Translations under genes and position numbers: made by a program | Notes under the pieces: generated by a model | What the model was told of the DNA's origin: nothing | Databases searched by the model: none | What the model saw: the letters and a program-made list of their open reading frames with translations, nothing else | Assembly (NCBI GenBank): GCA_004764695.1 | Contig: SMSO01000031.1 | Span: 5,184,436 to 5,248,435, forward strand | Length of the DNA stretch: 64,000 nucleotides | Direction: 5' to 3' | Source of the DNA: Schizochytrium sp. TIO01 | Taxonomy: Eukaryota > Protista > Bigyra: Labyrinthulomycetes | Shown here: positions 21,299 through 31,112 of the stretch, piece after piece | Numbering within the stretch: the first letter of the stretch is position 1 | Layout of the letters: each line of letters starts with the position of its first letter

Positions 21299-23104
21299 AT
21301 GGTGCGCTTCTTGCAGCTCATCAAACCGATGATGTTCATCATCCCTGAGGTCGAGCAGGTAAGTCAAGGTTTTTTTGGTCTATATTTTTTCTCATGGCTA
21401 GCTCGAAAGAGCCGAAGATGAGCTACCTGGATTTGATCGTGAAGCAAGCGTATGCACAGCCACCAATGGTTGCTGCCTTGCGGAATGTGCAAGGACGAGG
21501 AGCAGTGCACAGCAGCTGCATCTTGTCTGCAAACAAAAACGTACCTGAAGGAGCTAGACAACTAACTGACTTTGATGATGAAATGCGTCCTCTAACCGCA
21601 ATTTTTCAAATATACCTGACTGCAACTTGATCGCCGCGTGTCGACAACTCGTGTGTCTTCTTGCTCATGTTCGATGCATGTCTTCTTTTGTCCATCTTTG
21701 ACGCTCTTCATTGCAAAACGTCATAAAAACAGCCCGACCGCAAGGTGCCCTTCCGTGAGAAGATGCTCTGGACGGCCCTTACCCTCTTCATTTTCCTGGT
21801 GTGCTGCCAGATTCCCTTGTACGGTGTAAGCCTTGGCAAGGGTGGTGACCCTCTTTACTGGGTTCGTGTGATTCTGGCCTCCAACCGTGGTACTCTTATG
21901 GAGCTCGGTATCAGCCCCATCGTGACCAGTGGTATGATCATGCAGCTCCTCGCCGGCGTTCGTCTCATTGAGGTTGACCAGTCCGTCAAGGAGGACCGTG
22001 CTCTCTTCGGTGGTGCTCAAAAGCTCTTTGGTATTCTCATCACCATCGGTGAGGCCGTTGCCTATGTTCTCTCTGGTGCCTACGGTGATGTCTCCGAGAT
22101 CGGTGCAGGTAACGCTATCCTCATCATCATGCAGCTCGTTATGGCTGGTGTGATTGTTATCATCCTTGATGAGCTTCTCCAGAAGGGCTACGGTCTCGGC
22201 TCTGGTATCTCGCTCTTCATTGCCACCAACATCTGTGAGTCCATCGTTTGGAAGGCCTTCTCCCCGACCACCATCAACACCGGTGCTGGTACCGAATTCG
22301 AGGGCGCCATTATTGCTCTTGGTCACCTTGTGCTTACCCGCCCCAACAAGTTCCAGGCTCTCAAGGAGGCTTTCTACCGCCAGAACCTCCCGAACCTCAT
22401 CAACCTCCTCTCCACTGTGGTTGTCTTCCTCGTGGTCATCTACTTCCAGGGATTCCGTGTCGATATCCCGCTCAAGAGCCACCGCGTCCGTGGCCACACC
22501 AGCTCTTATCCGATCAAGCTCTTCTACACCTCCAACATTCCCATCATCCTTCAGACTGCTCTCGTCTCGAACCTGTACTTCCTCAGCCAGATTCTTTACA
22601 AGCGCTTCAGCCACAACATTCCTTGTCCGTATGCTCGGTCGCTGGGAGGCTGTGGCTTCTGGCCAGAGCAAGCCTGTTGGTGGTCTCGCGTACTACATCA
22701 GCCCACCGGGAAGCCTTGCCGATCTTATCTGGGACCCGATCCACACTATCTTCTACTTTGTCTTCATTGTGGGCTCCTGCGGTCTCTTCTCCCGCACCTG
22801 GATCGATATCTCTGGCTCCTCCCCCCGTGATGTTGCCAAGCAGCTCAAGGATCAGGGCCTTGTCATTGGTGGCTACCGTGAGACCTCCACGGTTTCTGTC
22901 TTGAACCGTTACATCCCCACTGCGGCGACCTTTGGTGGCATGTGCATTGCCGCTCTCAGTGTCTTCGCTGATATGATGGGTGCCATTGGCTCTGGTACTG
23001 GAATTTTGCTCGCTGTCACCATTGTGCACCAGTACTTCGAGACCTTTGCCAAGGAGCAGATCGCCAACGGCGGCAACCTTGGCATTATGGGCATGATGCA
23101 GTAA
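21299..23104 (+). CDS. SEC61A: Protein transport protein Sec61 subunit alpha (2 coding exons; apparent +1 frameshift near 22618-22620)
   Basis: Exon 1 21299-21358 ([20 protein letters not shown]), intron 21359-21732, exon 2 from 21733 ([10 protein letters not shown]). Motifs [34 protein letters not shown] and, in the next frame, [21 protein letters not shown] and [13 protein letters not shown]. Confidence 0.95.
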
Positions 23105-23449
23105 CTGCAAATGCGCTCGTCCCCGTAAACAACATATAGAAAGAACCTAAAAATTACTATAAATAGCGCTTAAATATATCTACCAGCTACGTCGCTTTCC
23201 GAACTTCATCCTCGGTCGCTTATTACTTAAAATTAACGAAGCTACCCTAAGAAGAATGTTGAGCAGACTTCTGTAATCGCTTGATAAAATTTTACTGTAT
23301 TCCCTGATGCATTCTTCGTATACATTGCTGCGATACATCTGAAACGAAGTCTTTTAAATTATTATTTGTCTTCTTCTTTTCTAAAGGATCGACGATATCT
23401 TTCCCTTCATCAGTTTGACTAGAAAATGCAAACCCAAGCACTATTAAAG

Positions 23450-23905
23450 TCGCTGTTCTACCTACCTACGCTGTTCTCCAACAACTTTCGACTTGCCTTA
23501 GCTTCAAGCTTTACTACATGAAGAAACAGGGACTGTTCTACTAATGGAACAGCTTTACTATCACTTACAGAGTAATAGAACAGCGTTTGTATTACTTAAT
23601 AGTAGTACAAATATGCTCACCTTGAACAGAACACCTAATTTAAACAGCTGTTCTGTTCTAGCTATAGAACAGAGACGTATATAAGAGCTAGGTTCACTAT
23701 GAAGGAACAGTAACGCCGCTCGAGTAAGACGTTCCACTCTGGTTACAGAAAAGCCCTACTACTAATTATTGACTCCTTAAATGTTCTGTTCTTCACCATT
23801 TTACTAATCTGACACTTTTCCTTTGCTACTCTGATGCGTATTTAATCCTAGTATGTTCTTTTCTTTTGCTACGAAAGAAATCTGTATGAACGTTCTGTTC
23901 TCATT
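23450..23905. repeat. Cluster of CTGTTCT/AGAACAG-like motifs in both orientations
   Basis: More than ten exact or near copies in ~450 bp of AT-rich DNA, including the inverted repeat CTGTTCTA-gcta-TAGAACAG at 23653-23672. Confidence 0.65.
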
Positions 23906-24328
23906 TAGCTTAATATAAGGTAAATGAGTGAAGGCTATTCCTAGTCGCAAGCACGGTCACAGTATCATGCAAAGAATGGGACTATTTAGATCATGTTTTA
24001 ATTTGGAATTTGGCCATTTACTACCGACGTAACGGAAACAAATACTGAAAATTGAATACAAAAAGAGGCTTCAAATCGTCGGGTTTCCCGACTATTCACT
24101 ACTCTAGCTAGCAAAAAACAGCTTTTCTTTAACAGTTTATTACTTTATTATCTTAATTTTTAATTTTTCAAATTATATTTTAATTAAAAGCTAAAAACTA
24201 AAAACTAATACCAAATCAGCAGCGTTTTCATTATGTTCGAACATGCGCGCAATTGTATCAGAAGTCCAAGATCAACGGCGCTCTATATCTTCGTAGGTCA
24301 ATCATGATTGTTTTGGTTTGTTGATCAT

Positions 24329-24685
24329 CTACAGGAGTTCTATACAAAGTAGCTTGCCTTCTTGACCGTGTGAACTAGGTATAGATACCAAGATTTCACA
24401 GGCACTTAAATAGTCATAAAAGCGAGGGGAAATACCTGGCTGGCTACGGTGGGTTTCATTATTTGTTATCACTTGTTGTAGCTTTGCGAAAGTTCGCTTA
24501 TAAGTTCTTTGTGACGGAAACCTTTGATGTGCATCCAAAACAGACTCACGTGCACCCGCATTGATACAAAACTGAAAGACTGCACAAGCGAAGGCTCTAT
24601 TACGCAATGCCACTATACGCGCTTTCTGCCACATCTGCATTTGTTTGACGTGTGCTTATAGCGGCCACCATCTCTGCGCCCACAT
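24329..24685 (-). pseudogene. Frameshifted final repeat and probable C-terminal cap of the ARM-repeat gene
   Basis: Restoring a 1-bp loss near 24706 gives ILGQDLNVGAEMVAAISTRQTNADV. Removing 1 bp near 24630 continues QKARIVALRNRAF...NAGARESVLDAHQRFP, which is in the same frame as the main ORF. Confidence 0.6.
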
Positions 24686-27600
24686 TCAAATCTTGTCCCA
24701 GGATCTTTTGTTGCGATTGTTGAGACCAAGATTCCGCAATACAGCACATGCTTGATTTTGCAAATCTTCATTCGTTTGATGCACGCGCATGGCGACCACA
24801 ATCTCTGCGCCAACGTTCAAATGTTGTCCCAGGATCTCTTTGTTGCGATCATTGCTGGCAGCAAGATTTGCCAATGCACCACATGACTTTTCTTGCACGT
24901 CTGCATTCGATAGATGCGCGCGCATGGCGGCCACAATCTCTACGCCCACATTCAAATCTTGCCCCAGGGTCTCTCTGTTGCGATCATTGTTGGCAGCAAG
25001 ACTCCACAATGCCCTACATGCTCTTTCTTGCACGCCTGCATTCGTTCGATGCGCGCGCATGGCGACCACAATGACTGCGCCAACGTTCAAATCTTGCCCC
25101 AGGATCTCTTTGTTGCGATTATTGCTGGCAGCAAGAATTGCCAATGCACCACATGACTTTTCTTGCACGTCTGCATTCGATAGATGCGCGCGCATGGCGG
25201 CCACAATCTCTGCGCCCACATTCAAATCTTGCCCCAGGGTCTCTCTGTTGCGATCATTGTTGGCAGCAAGACTCCACAATGCCATACATGCTCTTTCTTG
25301 CACGCCTGCATTCGTTCGATGCGCGCGCATGGCGACCACAATGTCTGCGCCAACGTTCAAATCTTGCCCCAGGATCTCTTTGTTGCGATCATTGCTGGAA
25401 ACAAGATTTGCCAATGCACCACATGACTTTTCTTGCACGTCTGCATTCGTTAGATGTGCGCGCATGGCGGCCACAATCTCTGCGCCCACATTCAAATCTC
25501 GTCCCAGGATCTCTCTGTTGCGATCGTTGAGACCAAGATTCAGCAATGTACCACATGCTTGTTCTTGCACGCCTGCATTCGTTAGATGTGCACGCATGGC
25601 GGCCACAATCTCTGCGCCCACATTCAAATCTTGCCCCAGAGTCTCTCTGTTGCGATCATTGTTGGCAGCAAGTCTCCACAATGCCCTACATGCTCTTTCT
25701 TGCACGCCTGCATTCGATAGATGCGCGCGCATGGCGGCCACAATCTCTGCGCCCACATTCAAATCTTGCCCCAGGATCTCTCTGTTGCGATCATTGTTGG
25801 CAGCAAGACTCCACAATGCCGCACATGCTGTTTTTTGCACGCCTGCATTCGTTAGATGTGCGCGCATGGCGGCCACAATCTCTGCGCCCACATTCAAATC
25901 TCGTCCCAGGATCTCTCTGTTGCGATCGTTGAGACCAAGATTCAGCAATGCACCACATGCTTGTTCTTGCACGCCTGCATTCGATAGATGTGCGCGCATG
26001 GCGGCCACAATCTCTGCGCCCACATTCAAATCTTGTCCCAGGATCTCACAGTTACGATCATTGTTGGCAGCAAGACTCCACAATGCCGCACATGCTTGAT
26101 TTTGCACGTCTGCATTCGATAGATGCGCGCGCATGGCGGCCACAATCTCTGCGCCCACATTCAAATCTTGCCCCAGGATCTCACAGTTGCGATCATTGTT
26201 GGCAGCAAGACTCCACAATGCCACACATGCTTGATTTTGCAAATCTTCATTCATGAGATGTGCGCGCATGGCGGCCACAATCTCTGCGCCCACATTCAAA
26301 TCTTGCCCCAGGATCTCTCTGTTGCGATCGTTTACAGCAAGATTCCGCAATGCACGACATGCTTGTTCTTGCACGCCTGCATTCGATAAATGCGCGCGCA
26401 TGGCGGCCACAATCTCTGCGCCCACATTCAAATCTTGCCCCAGGATCTCTTTGTTGCGATCGTTTACAGCAAGATTCAGCAATGTACCACATGCTTGATT
26501 TTGCACGTCTGCATTCGATAGATGTGCGCGCATGGCGGCCACAATCTCTGCGCCCACATTCAAATCTTGCCCCAGGATCTCTCTGTTGCGATCGTTTACA
26601 GCAAGACTGCACAATGCCCTACATGCTTGTTCTTGCACGCCTGCATTCGATAGATGTGCGCGCATGGCGGCCACAATCTCTGCGCCCACATTCAAATCTT
26701 GTCCCAGGATCTCACAGTTACGATCATTGTTGGTAGCAAGACTCCACAATGCCCTACATGCTCTTTCTTGCACGCCTGCATTCGTTAGATGCGCGCGCAT
26801 GGCGGCCACAATCTCTGCGCCAACGTTCAAATCTTGCCCCAGGATCTCTTTGTTGCGATCATTGCTGGCAGCAAGATTTCGCAATGCACCACATGCTGTT
26901 TTTTGCACGCCTGCATTCGATAGATGTGCGCGCATGGCGGCCACAATCTCTGCGCCCACATTCAAATCTTGCCCCAGGATCTCTCTGTTGCGATCATTGT
27001 TGGCAGCAAGACTCCACAATGCCCTACATGCTCTTTCTTGCACGCCTGCATTCGTTAGATGCGCGCGCATGGCGGCCACAATCTCTGCGCCAACGTTCAA
27101 ATCTTGCCCCAGGATCTCTTTGTTGCGATCATTGCTGGCAGCAAGATTTCGCAATGCACCACATGCTGTTTTTTGCACGCCTGCATTCGATAGATGTGCG
27201 CGCATGGCGGCAACAATCTCTGCGCCCACATTCAAATCTTGTCCCAGGATCTCACAGTTGCGATCATTGTTGGCAGCAAGACTCCACAATGCCACACATG
27301 CCTGATTTTGCACATCTTCATTCATTAGATGTGCGCGCATGGCGGCCACAATCTCTGCGCCCACATTCAAATCTTGCCCCAGGATCTGTCTGTTGCGATC
27401 ATTGTTGGCAGCAAGATTCCGCAATGCACCACATGCTTGTTCTTGCACGCCTGCATTCGATAGATGTGCGCGCATGGTGGCCACAATCTCTGCGCCCACA
27501 TTCAAATCTTGCCCCAGGATCTCTTTGTTGCGATCATTGCTGGCAGCAAGATTTGCCAATGCCGCACATGCTTGTTCTTGCACGTCTGCATTCGTTAGAT

Positions 27601-30600
27601 GTGCGCGCATGGCGGCCACGATCTCTGCGCCAACGTTCAAATCTTGCCCCAGGATCTCTTTGTTGCGATCATTGCTGGCAGCAAGATTTCGCAATGCACC
27701 ACATGCTGTTTTTTGCACGCCTGCATTCGATAGATGTGCGCGCATGGCGGCCACAATCTCTGCGCCCACATTCAAATCTTGCCCCAGGATCTCTCTGTTG
27801 CGATCATTGTTGGCAGCAAGATTCCGCAATACACCACATGCTTGATTTTGCACATCTTCATTCATTAGATGTGCGCGCATGGCGGCCACAATCTCTGCGC
27901 CCACATTCAAATCTTGCCCCAGAATCTCCCAGTTGCGATCGTTTACAGCAAGACTGCACAATGCCACACATGCTGTTTCTTGCACGCCTGCATTCGATAG
28001 ATGTGCGCGCATGGCGGCAAAAATCTCTGCGCCCACATTCAAATCTTGCCTCAGGATCTCTCTGTTGCGATCGTTTACAGCAAGACTGCACAATGCCACA
28101 CATGCTGATTTTTGCACGCCTGCATTCGATAGATGTGCGCGCATGGCGGCAACAATCTCTGCGCCCACATTCAAATCTTGCCCCAGGATCTCTCTGTTGC
28201 GATCGTTTACAGCAAGATTCCGCAATACACCACATGCTTGATTTTGCACGCCTGCATTCGATAGATGTGCGCGCATGGTGGCCACAATCTCTGCGCCCAC
28301 ATTCAAATCTTGCCCCAGGATCTCTTTGTTGCGATCATTGCTGGCAGCAAGATTTGCCAATGCCGCACATGCTTGTTCTTGCACGTCTGCATTCGTTAGA
28401 TGTGCGCGCATGGCGGCCACAATCTCTGCGCCCACATTCAAATCTTGTCCCAGGATCTCTTTGTTGCGATCATTGCTGGCAGCAAGATTTGCCAATGCCA
28501 CACATGCTGATTTTTGCACGCCTGCATTCGTTAGATGTGCGCGCATGGCGGCCACAATCTCTGCGCCCACATTCAAATCTTGCCCCAGGATCTCTCTGTT
28601 GCGATCGTTTACAGCAAGACTCCACAATGCCGCACATGCTTGATTTTGCACATCTTCATTCATTAGATGTGCGCGCATGGCGGCCACAATCTCTGCGCCC
28701 ACATTCAAATCTTGCCCCAGAATCTCACAGTTGCGATCGTTTACAGCAAGACTGCACAATGCCACACATGCTGATTTTTGCACGCCTGCATTCGATAGAT
28801 GTGCGCGCATGGCGGCCACAATCTCTGCGCCCACATTCAAATCTTGCCCCAGGATCTCTCTGTTGCGATCGTTTACAGCAAGATTCCCCAATGCACCACA
28901 TGCTTGTTCTTGCACGCCTGCATTCGATAGATGTGCGCGCATGGCGGCCACAATCTCTGCGCCCACATTCAAATCTTGTCCCAGGATCTCTTTGTTGCGA
29001 TCATTGCTGGCAGCAAGATTTGCCAATGCCACACATGCTGATTTTTGCACGCCTGCATTCGTTAGATGTGCGCGCATGGCGGCCACAATCTCTGCGCCCA
29101 CATTCAAATCTTGCCCCAGGATCTCTCTGTTGCGATCGTTTACAGCAAGACTCCACAATGCCGCACATGCTTGATTTTGCACATCTTCATTCATTAGATG
29201 TGCGCGCATGGCGGCCACAATCTCTGCGCCCACATTCAAATCTTGCCCCAGAATCTCACAGTTGCGATCGTTTACAGCAAGACTGCACAATGCCACACAT
29301 GCTGATTTTTGCACGCCTGCATTCGATAGATGTGCGCGCATGGCGGCCACAATCTCTGCGCCCACATTCAAATCTTGCCCCAGGATCTCTCTGTTGCGAT
29401 CGTTTACAGCAAGATTCCCCAATGCACCACATGCTTGTTCTTGCACGCCTGCATTCGATAGATGTGCGCGCATGGCGGCCACAATCTCTGCGCCCACATT
29501 CAAATCTTGCCCCAGGATCTCTCTGTTGCGATCGTTTACAGCAAGATTCCCCAATGCACCACATGCTTGTTCTTGCACGCCTGCATTCGATAGATGTGCG
29601 CGCATGGCGGCCACAATCTCTGCGCCCACATTCAAATCTTGCCCCAGGATCTCTTTGTTGCGATCGTTTACAGCAAGATTCAGCAATGTACCACATGCTT
29701 GATTTTGCACGTCTGCATTCGATAGATGTGCGCGCATGGCGGCCACAATCTCTGCGCCCACATTCAAATCTTGCCCCAGGATCTCTCTGTTGCGATCATT
29801 GTTGGCAGCAAGACTCCACAATGCCGCACATGCTGTTTTTTGCAAATCTTCATTCATGAGATGTGCGCGCATGGCGGCCACAATCTCTGCGCCCACATTC
29901 AAATCTTGTCCCAGGATCTCACAGTTGCGATCATTGTTGGCAGCAAGACTCCACAATGCCGCAAATGCTGTTTTTTGCAAATCTTCATTCATGAGATGTG
30001 CGCGCATGGCGGCCACAATCTCTGCGCCCACATTCAAATCTTGCCCCAGGATCTCTCTGTTGCGATCATTGTTGGCAGCAAGCACCCACAATGCCGCACA
30101 TGCTTGATTTTGCACATCTTCATTCATGAGATGTGCGCGCATAGCGGCAACAATCTCTGCGCCCACATTCAAATCTTGTCCCAGGATCTCTCTGTTGCGA
30201 TCATTGTTGGCAGCAAGACTGCACAATGCCCTACATGCTCTTTCTTGCACGTCTGCATTCGTTCGATGTGCGCGCATGGCGGCCACAATCTCTGCGCCCA
30301 CATTCAAACTTTGGGCCAGGATCTCTTTGTTACGATTGTTGAGAGCAAGCATCCACAATGCCCTACATGCTTGATTTTGCACGCCTGCATTCGTTCGATG
30401 TGCTTGCATGGCGGCCACAATCTCTGCGCCCACATTCAAACCTTGTCCCAGAATCTCACAGTTGCGATAATTGTTGTCAGCAAGACTCCACAACGCCCTG
30501 CATGCTTGATTTTGCACGCCTGCATTCGTTCGATGCGCGCGCATGGCGACCACAATCTCTGCGCCCACATTTAAACCTTGTCCCAGAATCTCTTTGTTGC

Positions 30601-31112
30601 GATCATTGTTGGCAAGACTCCACAATAAACCACATACTTTTTCTTGCACGCCTGCATTTGTTCGATGCGCGCGCATGGCAGCCACAATCTCTGCGCCAAC
30701 ATTTAAATCTTCTCCCAGGAGCTCTTTGTTGAGATCATTGTTGGCAGCAAGATTTCTTAATGCCCAAATTGCTTGAGTTTGCACGTCTGCATTCCTTCGA
30801 TGCGCGCGCATGGCGGCCACAATTGCTGCGCCCACATCCAAACGTTGTCCCAGGATCTCTCTGTTGCAATTGTTCTCAGCAAGCCTCCACAATGCCCTAC
30901 ATGCTCTTTCTTGCACGCCTGCATTCGTTCGATGCGCGCGCATGGCGACCACAATGTCTGCGCCAACGTTCAAATGTTGTCCCAGGATCTCTTTGTTGCG
31001 ATCATTGTTGGCAGCAAGATTTGCCAATGCACCACATGCTGATTTTTGCACATCTTCATTCGTTAGATGCGCGCGCATGGCGGCTACAATCTCTGCGCCC
31101 ACATTCAAATCT
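24640..31112. repeat. Coding tandem array of 132/135-bp units (48 + 1 degenerate) with higher-order duplications
   Basis: The anchor GGCCACAATCTCTGCGCCCACATTCAAATCTTG recurs every 132 or 135 bp. Duplicated blocks of 531 bp and 270 bp are visible. Confidence 0.97.

Noticed and set aside
21721-23110. Minus-strand ORFs of 316 and 167 aa opposite Sec61a
   Set aside because: Same codon-bias shadow; they break at the same frameshift as the sense gene.
26749-29859. 1036-aa plus-strand ORF and other repetitive ORFs within the ARM array
   Set aside because: A stop-free antisense frame of one unit is multiplied by tandem repetition. Only the minus frame has a unique N-terminus and an ARM pattern.
24640-31112. 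CRISPR array or diversity-generating retroelement interpretation of the repeat array
   Set aside because: The variable parts are homologous codon-level variants rather than unique spacers, no cas or reverse-transcriptase gene is present, and the changes are not adenine-specific.
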